From contig JBFWNU010000004.1 of NCBI GenBank assembly GCA_050250895.1, forward strand, positions 302,934 through 366,933: a stretch of DNA of 64,000 nucleotides, given 5' to 3'. This stretch comes from Vulcanimicrobiota bacterium. Lineage in GTDB: Bacteria; Vulcanimicrobiota; Xenobia; Xenobiales; JADMJV01. Positions 47,390 through 56,501 of the stretch are shown here, one piece after another (position 1 is the stretch's first letter; each line of letters begins with the position of its first letter). Below the pieces are notes generated by a model. The model saw only the letters and a list, made by a program, of their open reading frames with translations. It made no database searches and was not told the origin of the DNA. The translations under genes were made by a program, and so were the position numbers.

Positions 47390-47421
47390 AAAAAAAGGGC
47401 CGCGCGGTGGCGCGGCCCTTC
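47390..47421 (-). terminator. intrinsic terminator
   Basis: On the minus strand: AAGGGCCGCGC-CACC-GCGCGGCCC-TTTTTTT. Confidence 0.85.
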
Positions 47422-47440
47422 TGACTGGCTCGTCTGACCC

Positions 47441-49297
47441 CTACGGCACTCGGATGATCCCGAACTGGTATGGTTGAGAGTTCATCGAGTTGAGGTCGTC
47501 CTGGTCGGTGGCCAAAATCGGCGACCCCGCTACCAGCGTCATGGCCTGCGACTCGAAGACGGCGATACCGCCCCCGTTGAAGTGGGTCACGAACAACCGG
47601 TTGGTGGTCGGGTCGTGGGCCAGCCCGCACGGGCTGCCGCTGCCGGTAGCAAAGGGCGAGCCCGCGATGATGGCATCCTGGACGTTGTTGTCTCCACCGT
47701 TAGGAATGGCGGCGGCATCGAGCACATCGACGTTGTTGTCCTGGAAGTTGGCCAGATAGAGGCGGTTCTGACTGGGAACATACAGCAGACCGGCCCCCAC
47801 GCTGGTATCGCGCCCACCGGGACGGTTGTACGGAGAGCCGGCGACCGGGGTCAAGTTGACCAGGTCAAAAGCGCTGAAATCCGTGTCGCCCCCGGCGTAG
47901 AGCCGATCGTTGGTGAGGTCGACCACCATCTGGCCCTTGTTGTTGAAGTGGCCAGAGTTAAACGGCGAGCCCGCGATCGGAGTGAGCGTCTGGGCGTCGA
48001 AGATGGCGTAGAGGGCGTTGATGCTGATGTTGTTGTCGCCGGTGCGCATGATGATACGGTCGCGCTCGGCGTCATAGGCAACCGAGCCGACTCCGGCATT
48101 CATGTTGGCCGGCAGAGGCTTGAAGGGCGAGCCGGCCACAATGTTCATGTTGGCTGCGTCAAAGACCCAGAGGCCATCCCCCGAAGATAGGTAAACGCGG
48201 TCGTGGTTGGCGTCATAGGCAACGCTTCTAGCAAAGACGTTGACCCCCGCTCCGAACGGAGTCGTCCCTTGATTGGTGGCATTGGCCGCGAAGGCGTCCT
48301 TGAGGGGCGAGCCGGCCACGTGGGCACCGGTCGAGGCGCTCAAGACGTTGAGACCGTCCGTGGGCAGCAGCACCCGGTCATGAACAGAGTCATAAGCCAT
48401 GAAGCCACTGGGAAAAAGAACGTCGAGAGGACCGGCGATGCGGGTCAAAGTGGCCGGGTTGATAGCGATCAGATCCATCTGGAAGAGGGAGCCACCATCG
48501 CGCTCGCAGGTGATGATCGAGCCGGGGGGGATGTTCACGATGGTCGAAGAGTTGATATCGAGCGTGAGCTGGGTCGGATTGAGCCCGTTGGCATCGGCCT
48601 GAATCACGAAGCCGGTGCCAGCCCGGCTAATCTGCAGACCGCTGAAGGTGGCCACCCCGTCGATGGCCGCCACCATCGTGGTTCCGGTGAACTGTGCCAC
48701 GCCGGTAGGGTCGTTGACCAACGAGAGAGTGACGGTCCGGGTGTCGCCCGTCAGAGCATTGCCGAACGCATCGGTGATGCTCACGGTGAGGTCGAAGTCG
48801 GTAGCCGACGTCACCGGGGCGGGCAAGTTGAAGGTCAGCATCGACGCGGGACCAGGAGTGACCGTAAAGGTCTGACTGGTTGCCGCCACGTTGCCCGCCG
48901 AAGCCCGCAACACCAGGTTGGGGAAGGCCGTGATGACCTGAAGGTCATTGAAGGTGGCCACCCCGGCCACGGCGTTGACGGTGGTGGTTCCACGCAGGTC
49001 GATGGGCGGGGCGTTGGCCGGTTGCACCACCTCGATGGTGACCGGTCCGTTGAAGCCGGTAGCGCGGGTTCCGTCACCCAGGCGCACCTCGACCACGGGC
49101 GCGGGCGTGATGACCGTGCCAGCTTCGCGGGCCACGGCTCCGCGGGTGGTTGGTTGGGTGATGAAAGCCAGGCTGGCGATCTCGGTTGCGTTGTTGGTGC
49201 CGGACGCGGTCGTGCCGCGACCAGCGGGACCGCTATTACACCCCAAGAATAGCGACACCAGCAGCAACACGGCGGAAAATCGAAGAGTAATCTTCAT
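47441..49297 (-). CDS. lipoprotein with Ig-like repeats and a YncE-like beta-propeller
   Basis: FLGC lipobox. Two GTT.V.A..GVATF..LQ repeats. Repeated AYD...DR.Y and VAGSPF blades. Confidence 0.8.
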   Translation of the reverse strand: MKITLRFSAVLLLVSLFLGCNSGPAGRGTTASGTNNATEIASLAFITQPTTRGAVAREAGTVITPAPVVEVRLGDGTRATGFNGPVTIEVVQPANAPPIDLRGTTTVNAVAGVATFNDLQVITAFPNLVLRASAGNVAATSQTFTVTPGPASMLTFNLPAPVTSATDFDLTVSITDAFGNALTGDTRTVTLSLVNDPTGVAQFTGTTMVAAIDGVATFSGLQISRAGTGFVIQADANGLNPTQLTLDINSSTIVNIPPGSIITCERDGGSLFQMDLIAINPATLTRIAGPLDVLFPSGFMAYDSVHDRVLLPTDGLNVLSASTGAHVAGSPLKDAFAANATNQGTTPFGAGVNVFARSVAYDANHDRVYLSSGDGLWVFDAANMNIVAGSPFKPLPANMNAGVGSVAYDAERDRIIMRTGDNNISINALYAIFDAQTLTPIAGSPFNSGHFNNKGQMVVDLTNDRLYAGGDTDFSAFDLVNLTPVAGSPYNRPGGRDTSVGAGLLYVPSQNRLYLANFQDNNVDVLDAAAIPNGGDNNVQDAIIAGSPFATGSGSPCGLAHDPTTNRLFVTHFNGGGIAVFESQAMTLVAGSPILATDQDDLNSMNSQPYQFGIIRVP

Positions 49298-49456
49298 TCA
49301 GGAACATCCCCCTAGACAAAATGTCGAAAAGCATTCTGACATTTAAGGCAAACTCCTTTCCTTCGACCCGACTCAACCAGGAGATTTAACAACCGGACAA
49401 CAATCGAGGCCAGGGTTCCAAGAGGCTGGACACAAAGCGCGGTATAGACTCGCAGC

Positions 49457-49906
49457 ATGAGAATTCAGCCTCTATTCCATCACCAGGCCGGGGCAGCCCG
49501 TCCGCCTCAGCCTCACCAATCGCTCCCACCCGACCCTCGCAGCGAAGTGTACGAACGTGCCAGCGACCTGATTGACCGAGCCTCGAGCCTGATTGGAACC
49601 GCCTTCTTTGGCACGGTAGGAGGAACCCTGGGCGGACTGGCCGGAGCCCTGGCCGTGGGTAGCCTCACCGGGGGCCCCGGAGCGATCGTAGGGTTGGTCG
49701 CGGGCGCCGCCGCGGGCGGAGCCGGAGCCGCCTACGCCCATCGCCGGGGCCATGGTGAGCTGATGGGCAAATCTCTCATGGCACTAGCCGCTGTTGGCTT
49801 GGGAGCCGGCCTGGGAGCAGCCGTGGGAGGCGCCACCGGGGCGGCTGTGGGCGGCACCGTCGGGACTCTGTACGCAGCGGCCGGAATCTACTTCTCACGA
49901 GACTAG
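49457..49906 (+). CDS. small glycine-zipper membrane protein
   Basis: GxxxG-rich helices. TAGACT lies 6 nt before the ATG. Confidence 0.7.
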   Translation: MRIQPLFHHQAGAARPPQPHQSLPPDPRSEVYERASDLIDRASSLIGTAFFGTVGGTLGGLAGALAVGSLTGGPGAIVGLVAGAAAGGAGAAYAHRRGHGELMGKSLMALAAVGLGAGLGAAVGGATGAAVGGTVGTLYAAAGIYFSRD

Positions 49907-50096
49907 AGCGCGATCCTGGCAGGTAATGTCGAAGTTGCGGGCGAGGTTGGGGCCCGCAGTTTGCAGACCCTCAGCAGGGCCGGTGAGACCGGGTCGTAAA
50001 CGGGGGGGGAAATTAGAGACGGGTCTGGAACTTGAAAAACTTGCCCGCCGGTTCAACTTGCGGCATTGGCTTATTTCGATAGGATTGGAGTGAACG

Positions 50097-50711
50097 ATGA
50101 AGGTTGTCAAACGTTCGTTGGACTTGCTGCTTCTGCTTTTGTTCGGTCCGTTCGCTCTGCTTTTGATCCTGATGGGTGCCGCTCTTATCAAGCTCCTGAG
50201 TCCCGGCCCGGTCTTCTATAGCCAGAGACGGGTGGGGCTGGGTGGCAAACTGATCGACGTCTGGAAGCTGCGAACCATGCGCGTCGACGCCGAGCAGGCG
50301 CTGGCCAAGCACCTCGAGAGCGAGCCAGCGGCCGCCGACGAGTGGCGCCGCCACTTCAAGCTCAAGGACGACCCGCGGGTCATTCCCTACATCGGCAACT
50401 TCCTGCGCAAGTCCAGCATGGACGAATTGCCGCAATTTTTCAACATTTTGCTCGGAGAGATGTCTTTCGTCGGCCCCCGTCCGTTTCCCGAGTACCACCT
50501 TCGGGTTTTCGACAAACCGTTCCGTCGCCGTCGTCAGAGCGTCTTGCCCGGACTCACCGGCCTGTGGCAAATCCGCGTGCGTAGTGGCGGAGACATCAGG
50601 GCTCAGCGTTATTGGGACCTCAAATACCTGGTGGGGCGCTGCCTGATGCTCGACCTGCGCATCTTGTGCGAGACTCCCCTGGTCGTGATCCGGGCCAAAG
50701 GCGCCGTCTAG
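50097..50711 (+). CDS. priming sugar transferase (polyprenyl glycosylphosphotransferase)
   Basis: KRSLD, KLRTM, DDPRV, DELPQ, GEMSFVGPRP and PGLTGLWQ motifs. Confidence 0.93.
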   Translation: MKVVKRSLDLLLLLLFGPFALLLILMGAALIKLLSPGPVFYSQRRVGLGGKLIDVWKLRTMRVDAEQALAKHLESEPAAADEWRRHFKLKDDPRVIPYIGNFLRKSSMDELPQFFNILLGEMSFVGPRPFPEYHLRVFDKPFRRRRQSVLPGLTGLWQIRVRSGGDIRAQRYWDLKYLVGRCLMLDLRILCETPLVVIRAKGAV

Positions 50712-50797
50712 GCTCCGGCAGCGAACCCCGTATCAGCGGGCTTTGCGGCCGGCAGGCTGGGAGGAGATCGTTATTCAACCAGTAATAGTTAGCCCCC

Positions 50798-53314
50798 ATG
50801 CGCAGAGCACGATGCCGTCCCAGCGAAAACTCTAGCTTCCGGACTCTGGCTGGATTGTTGGTATGCTTGGTCCTGCTGGCCCTGGTGGCTCCAGTCTGGG
50901 CTCAACCGACTCCCGTGCCTCCCGCACAGGATGGCCAGCCGCAGCCGTCCCAACAGCAACTGGAGGAAGACTCCGCCGACCTTGGCCAGACGGGCGAAAT
51001 CCAGGTCCCCCCTCCCCCGGTCACCCCCACCCAGACGGTGCGAGAACTCAATGCGCATCCTGGCCCGACGATCGGCTCGCCGGACACCTTTCGCAACTCG
51101 AGGGTGCTCGACGCCCTCGAGCAATCGCGAGTTCAGCGCCAGCAGCGCCAGACCCAAGAGCTCGAGCGCTTCGGCTCTTCGTTCTTCGAGCGTTCCCAAG
51201 AAGAGTTGACCCGGGCCGATGAGGCGACCGTGCCGGATGACTACAAACTAAGGTCAGGCGACGAACTCAATGTCACCACCTACAACATCAGAGGCGGAGA
51301 ATCGGTCGACATTTCCCGGGTGGACGAGTCTGGGGTTGTCCAGCTGACGGGAGTTGGCCCGGTGCCTGTGGCGGGCCTCACCCGGCCTCAGGCAGAGACA
51401 CGCTTCAACAGCCTCATCTCTCGCCAGTTTCCCAACATGCGGGTGAGGCTTACCTTTACCCGCGTCCCAAAAATTCGCGTTTTCGTGCTCGGAGAAGCCA
51501 ATCGCCCCGGCGGGTACCTGATGAATCCCACGGCCACGGTGCTCGACGCCTTGCTCCACGCCCGCGGGCCTTCGCGAGCGGGCAGCTACCGCCGCATCGA
51601 ATTGCAGCGAGCCGGCCGCACCGTGGCCACCTTCGACCTCTACGACCTGTTGATTTTCGGGCGTACGGCCTCGCCCCGATTGCAAAACGGCGACCGAATC
51701 TTCGTGCCCCTGGTGGGCAACGAAGTCTCGATTACCGGCGAGGTGTTGCGCCCTGCCGTTTATGAACTGCGACAAGAGAAGACGCTGGCTCAGCTGATCT
51801 CGCTCGCCGGAGGCTTGCGTCCCGAAGCCTACTCTCCGCGGGTCCAGATCGAGCGAATCGATGACCACAACCTGAGAAAGCTCATCGATATTCCCTTCGA
51901 CAAGGCAGCCACGACCGCTCTTCGGCCCGGTGACTTCATCATCATCGAGCCGGTGCTAGAGAACCTGACCAATGGCGTGTTCGTGTCGGGGGCTGTCGAG
52001 CGGCCCGGATTCTATGAGATCAAAACCGGTGCCTCGACGGTGGCCGGGGTTATTCGTCAGGCCCAGGGTTTGACCAACGGCGCCTACGCCCAACACGCTG
52101 AGATTTTTCGCTACGTAAGGACGTTTGGTCCCCACGGAGAAACGCTGATCGACCGCTCGGCCCCCCAGGAGGTCATCGGCTTTGATCTGGCCGCCGCTCT
52201 CAGCGGCGATTCGACCAACGACCTGGCCCTGCTTCCAGAAGACGTGATTGTCGTCTCGACCCGCGAAGAGGCCCTGGTCGACCGCGAGCGAGTCCGTATT
52301 CAGGGCGAGGTCAAAAACCCCGGCGAATACCCGCGCTTTGGCAAGATGCGGGTGCGCGATCTGGTCAACCTGGCCGGTGGCATCACCCCTGAGGCCTCGG
52401 TCCAGGCCGAGATCGCTCGCCCTGGTCCCATGGGTAAGATCGAGTTCATCCCGGTCGATCTGGGGGGCGCCATGGAGGGGGGGACCCTCGCCAACAACCC
52501 GGTCCTGCAAGACCTGGATGTGCTGATCGTCAGGCCGCAGCTGCGAGCCAAGCGATGGCCGGCCTCGATCACCTTGCTGGGAGAGTTCAAGCATCCCGGC
52601 GTCTATGTCGTCGATCCTGACCGCGAGACGCTAGCCGACGTGATCGCACGGGCCGGTGGCCTCACCGCTGAGGCTTACCCGAAGGCAGCGGTGCTCACCC
52701 GCCGACGACCCGAGATTCTCTCCACCGACCAGAGCGGCCTGGCGGCCATCGTCTTCAAAAACCTGCAAGAGGTAGCGCGCCAGATCGCTCTGGTCGAAAA
52801 TGCCCGCCTCTCCCGGCAGCCGACCGCCGCCGGCGCGGCCCGGGTGGACTTTAGAGCCTTGACCGAGGCAGCTACGGCCCCGCCCCGAGAACTGGACTTC
52901 GTGCTCACCTCGGGCCGGATCCCCATCTCGCTGGGCGAGATTCTGGCCTCGGGCCAGGGAGATCCGCGGGTCAAAGAAGGCGACGTGCTCTTTGTTCCGC
53001 AAGAGCCTGAAATGGTCATCGTCTCCGGGGCGGTCGTCATGCCCACCCCGCTGGTCTGGCGCCCAGGCCGCCACGCCGAGGAATACATTGACCAGGCGGG
53101 TGGATTTGCCGAGGACGCGGCCACGGATCGCGTGCTCATCCTGAGGGTCAGCGGGCAACTGGTCAAAGAGGGGGACGCCGGGGTCTTAGAACCCGGAGAC
53201 CTCATTCTCGTCCCGCCTCGAGCGCTGATCTCCGAGCCCGACGCCTTCGAGCGTTTCTTGAGCGTGCTCCAGGTCATCGCCAACGGAGCCTTTGTCTGGC
53301 GGGCCTTCCGATGA
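50798..53314 (+). CDS. polysaccharide export protein with multiple SLBB domains (Wza/KpsD-like)
   Basis: Signal peptide. PDDYKLRSGD poly_export motif. Repeated GEV..PG.Y...LAGG units. Confidence 0.9.
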   Translation: MRRARCRPSENSSFRTLAGLLVCLVLLALVAPVWAQPTPVPPAQDGQPQPSQQQLEEDSADLGQTGEIQVPPPPVTPTQTVRELNAHPGPTIGSPDTFRNSRVLDALEQSRVQRQQRQTQELERFGSSFFERSQEELTRADEATVPDDYKLRSGDELNVTTYNIRGGESVDISRVDESGVVQLTGVGPVPVAGLTRPQAETRFNSLISRQFPNMRVRLTFTRVPKIRVFVLGEANRPGGYLMNPTATVLDALLHARGPSRAGSYRRIELQRAGRTVATFDLYDLLIFGRTASPRLQNGDRIFVPLVGNEVSITGEVLRPAVYELRQEKTLAQLISLAGGLRPEAYSPRVQIERIDDHNLRKLIDIPFDKAATTALRPGDFIIIEPVLENLTNGVFVSGAVERPGFYEIKTGASTVAGVIRQAQGLTNGAYAQHAEIFRYVRTFGPHGETLIDRSAPQEVIGFDLAAALSGDSTNDLALLPEDVIVVSTREEALVDRERVRIQGEVKNPGEYPRFGKMRVRDLVNLAGGITPEASVQAEIARPGPMGKIEFIPVDLGGAMEGGTLANNPVLQDLDVLIVRPQLRAKRWPASITLLGEFKHPGVYVVDPDRETLADVIARAGGLTAEAYPKAAVLTRRRPEILSTDQSGLAAIVFKNLQEVARQIALVENARLSRQPTAAGAARVDFRALTEAATAPPRELDFVLTSGRIPISLGEILASGQGDPRVKEGDVLFVPQEPEMVIVSGAVVMPTPLVWRPGRHAEEYIDQAGGFAEDAATDRVLILRVSGQLVKEGDAGVLEPGDLILVPPRALISEPDAFERFLSVLQVIANGAFVWRAFR

Positions 53315-53331
53315 TTGCCATAGAGGGCTAG

Positions 53332-54606
53332 ATGGACCGCCCGCTGCGCCGGATTCATGGCATCGTGTGTATCATGTACATCGCCGATGCCTTCTTCTCG
53401 CTTTATGACGAGCCCGGCGTCAGTCTCACCGAGAACAATCCGGCCAGCCGAGTTCTCTGGATTTTCTTGATCGTTTCGTCTTTGTTGCTGGCCCTGCCGC
53501 GACCCGGCCGCACGAGCCGCATGTTCTTCAACAACCTGGCGTTGACCGGCTTCGTCCTGCTCACCGTGGCCTCCAGTGCCTGGTCTATTCTGCCGGGCAC
53601 GACCTTCAGAAGAGCCGTCCTGGCAGTCTTCACGCTCCAGTTTGCCAGCCACCTTCGGGCCAACTTCAAGCAAGCCGAAGTGTGGGAGTTGCTTCGCACC
53701 GCCTTGCGATGGTCACTGCTTTTGTCGGTGGCGGTTTGCCTGGTCAGACCCGACATCGGCGTGGACTCGCAGTACCACGTGGGGCAGTGGCGAGGTCTAT
53801 TTCCGCACAAGAATAGTCTGGGCCGGGCGGCGGCGCTGCTGGGTAGTCTGGCCCTCGGGCACTGGCTGAGTGGGGGCAAAGGTCGCTTCAAGATCGGGCT
53901 CGATATGGTATTGTGCCTGGGCTTGATGGTACTGGCCTTTTCCAGGACCGGTCTGGCCTCGTTTTTGGGAGTCGCAGCCGTGCTGGTAGTACTGCGCATG
54001 CTGCAGAACACCAAAGGTCACGACCGCTGGTTGGCCGCCAGCGCCATTCCGATAGCCACCGGCGTGATCCTGATCGTCTCCGGGCTGATGCTGTCCCTGC
54101 TGCCGAGCAACCTGTATGAGGACAAGCTCCTCACGGGCCGAATCCCCCTCTGGTACACCCTCACCCTGATGGCCCTGGAGAGGCCGCTGCAAGGCTACGG
54201 CTATGGCCAGACGATTTTGAGTCCGGCCGGGCACGGTCTAGAGATCTGGGCCCGGGTGGGGTGGGAAATGGGTAGCGCCCACAACGCCATGCTCCAGGTT
54301 CAGCTCGACCTGGGCGTGGTGGGATTGGCTTGCTATCTGATGGTCTGGCTCACCATCTTCGCTCGGGTGGGTCGCAACCTCACCAGGCCGCGCAGTCTGG
54401 TCGAAGTAGGAGTTTGCCTGATGGTGTTCGTCAACGGCTTGACCGAGATCGGCTCGGCCGCCCTCTCGACCCTTTGGGGTCTTGCCTTCATCCTGCTGGC
54501 GTTATCCGACAGGCAAGTCACTCATGATAGCGGTCCCGGCCCGGCTCTGCCGGTCGCGTCGCCGCCCTCCGCCTCCCCAGCAGATCTCGAACGGCGTGAG
54601 GAATGA
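53332..54606 (+). CDS. O-antigen ligase/Wzy-like polymerase (ExoQ-like)
   Basis: Multi-TM. WRGLFPHKNSLG, LTGRIPLW, GYGYG and AHNAMLQ motifs. Confidence 0.88.
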   Translation: MDRPLRRIHGIVCIMYIADAFFSLYDEPGVSLTENNPASRVLWIFLIVSSLLLALPRPGRTSRMFFNNLALTGFVLLTVASSAWSILPGTTFRRAVLAVFTLQFASHLRANFKQAEVWELLRTALRWSLLLSVAVCLVRPDIGVDSQYHVGQWRGLFPHKNSLGRAAALLGSLALGHWLSGGKGRFKIGLDMVLCLGLMVLAFSRTGLASFLGVAAVLVVLRMLQNTKGHDRWLAASAIPIATGVILIVSGLMLSLLPSNLYEDKLLTGRIPLWYTLTLMALERPLQGYGYGQTILSPAGHGLEIWARVGWEMGSAHNAMLQVQLDLGVVGLACYLMVWLTIFARVGRNLTRPRSLVEVGVCLMVFVNGLTEIGSAALSTLWGLAFILLALSDRQVTHDSGPGPALPVASPPSASPADLERREE

Positions 54607-55315
54607 GACTCCACGGTTCGAGAAGGTAACGCTGCCAGACCCGACCCGGTGTCATCAACAGACGGGCCAGCCATTCGAGGCCCAACCGTCCGGTCCAGCG
54701 CGGTGGGGTGGGAATCTCGCCCGTGAGGTAGTCAAAGATGGCGCCGACCGTGATCGAGACGCAAGGCTCCAGGCGATCGAGATTGTGGCCCAGCCAGGTT
54801 TCCTGGCGCGGCATGCCCATTCCCACCAGCAGCACATGGGGCTGGAAAGCGTTGATATCGCTGACCACCCGCTCGTTGACCCGGGGGTCCTGGGGGTCGA
54901 AATAGCCGCTGGCGGCCCGAAATTCCAGGCCGGGGTAGCGGCTGGCTACATAGTCCTGGCTGCGTTCCACGACCTCCGGGCGTCCGCCCAGAGCGTAAAC
55001 CCTCCACGATCGGTTCAGAGCCCGCTCGAGCAACGGGCCGATCCAGTCCAGCACGGTGATTCGATGCTCGGCGCGCAGCGGTTCTCCTAACCAGCGCCCC
55101 CAGAAGATCAGCGGCATGCCGTCAATGAAGCAGGAGTCGGCGCGGGCATAGACCGAGCGCATCGGTTCACAACGATGAAAATGGTAGATGCTGTGGAGAT
55201 TGTGGTTCACGATGAGGTGGGGCGACGCACCGACCCCCCGTGAGACATCCTCCAAGAACTCGTCGAGGTTCATCGGGGTCACCTTCACGCCCAGCAACTG
55301 GCAGTCTCTAGGCAT
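54518..55315 (-). CDS. WecB/TagA/CpsF family glycosyltransferase
   Basis: IDGMPL, VGMGMPRQE, VGAIFD and GLEWLARL motifs. Start ATG 55315. Confidence 0.92.
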   Translation of the reverse strand: MPRDCQLLGVKVTPMNLDEFLEDVSRGVGASPHLIVNHNLHSIYHFHRCEPMRSVYARADSCFIDGMPLIFWGRWLGEPLRAEHRITVLDWIGPLLERALNRSWRVYALGGRPEVVERSQDYVASRYPGLEFRAASGYFDPQDPRVNERVVSDINAFQPHVLLVGMGMPRQETWLGHNLDRLEPCVSITVGAIFDYLTGEIPTPPRWTGRLGLEWLARLLMTPGRVWQRYLLEPWSLIPHAVRDLLGRRRAATRPAEPGRDRYHE

Positions 55316-56498
55316 GGCCCCGCCTCGGCCCAAGAAGGCCTCGCTCCTCGAGAGCGTCGAGGACCTGTTGGACGCGGGAGCGCCAGCTGTGCTCAGACTC
55401 CACCAGTTGCTGGCCCCGGCGCCCCATCTCGCTCCAGCGCTCCTGGCCGGCGCAGGCCTCTCGAAGGGCGTTCTCGAGGCTGCCGGCGGTGTGGGCCTCG
55501 AAGACGAATCCGCATTCAGCCCTGGCCACCAGGGCTCGGGCATCACGAAAGTCCGAGACGATCACGGGCAGCCCGGCGGCTAAATACTCATATAACTTCA
55601 GAGGCGAATGATACATCCCGCCCCAGGCCAGATCTCGTTGCCCCGAGAAGCCAAGATCGCAACCGGCCAGGATCGCTCCAACCTGGCTGGGCGGCACCGG
55701 CCCCAAAAACTTGACCTGCTCAGCCAGCCCCAGCTTGACACTCAACTGCTGGCACTCGCGCAAGCCTACGCCACCTCCGGCCACGACCAACCCATAAGCA
55801 ATTCCGTCCTGACGAAGCCGGTCCATGGCTTCGAGTAGAGCACACAGATTCTGCCATCGCTGCACCTGCCCCACGAAACAGATGGTGGGCCCGGCAAAGA
55901 AACGACTCGCCTCGGACCCGACTTGCAGGCGCGAGGCGTTCACCCCATTGGGCACCACCAGAATCTTCTGGTCGGGGATATCGAAGGTGTCGGCCACCAG
56001 CGCTTTGAGCTGCTCGCTGACACAGATGACCAGATCGGCGGCCGCCAGGGATGTTCTCTGAATCCGGTGAGCCAGGTCGACCAGTTCGAGGGTTCGATAC
56101 TCGTCACGCGACTCGAGGTGATGAATGCCGTTGACCTCGACCACCAGGCAGCCGCGGCGACCCAGCCCTTTCAAGAGACAACCGATGGCCTGGAAACTGC
56201 CACTTCGTTCGTAAAACACGTCGGCCTCGCCTAGCATGAAATAGGAGCAGAGGGCGTTGACAGGCCACAAGGCCAATCTGACGAAGTCTGAGGCAAGTCG
56301 CGCCGCTCTCGACTTCTGCAGATACTCCTGGGGATTTCCGCGATTGGGCAAGAAATCGCCGGCGATGTATCGCCGCGTCTCCCAGGCTAGCTCCTCAAAG
56401 CCAGCCAGGACTCCCAGGATATGGGTGCGAGCCCCGTATTGGGGACAATTCTCTCGCAGGGAGACACTCGGGGCTCCGGAAAGATAGGCCAAACGCAA
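55308..56498 (-). CDS. glycosyltransferase family 4
   Basis: VVPNGV and SPLKLYEYLAAGLPVI motifs. Confidence 0.9.
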   Translation of the reverse strand: MRLAYLSGAPSVSLRENCPQYGARTHILGVLAGFEELAWETRRYIAGDFLPNRGNPQEYLQKSRAARLASDFVRLALWPVNALCSYFMLGEADVFYERSGSFQAIGCLLKGLGRRGCLVVEVNGIHHLESRDEYRTLELVDLAHRIQRTSLAAADLVICVSEQLKALVADTFDIPDQKILVVPNGVNASRLQVGSEASRFFAGPTICFVGQVQRWQNLCALLEAMDRLRQDGIAYGLVVAGGGVGLRECQQLSVKLGLAEQVKFLGPVPPSQVGAILAGCDLGFSGQRDLAWGGMYHSPLKLYEYLAAGLPVIVSDFRDARALVARAECGFVFEAHTAGSLENALREACAGQERWSEMGRRGQQLVESEHSWRSRVQQVLDALEERGLLGPRRGHA

Positions 56499-56501
56499 GG
56501 C

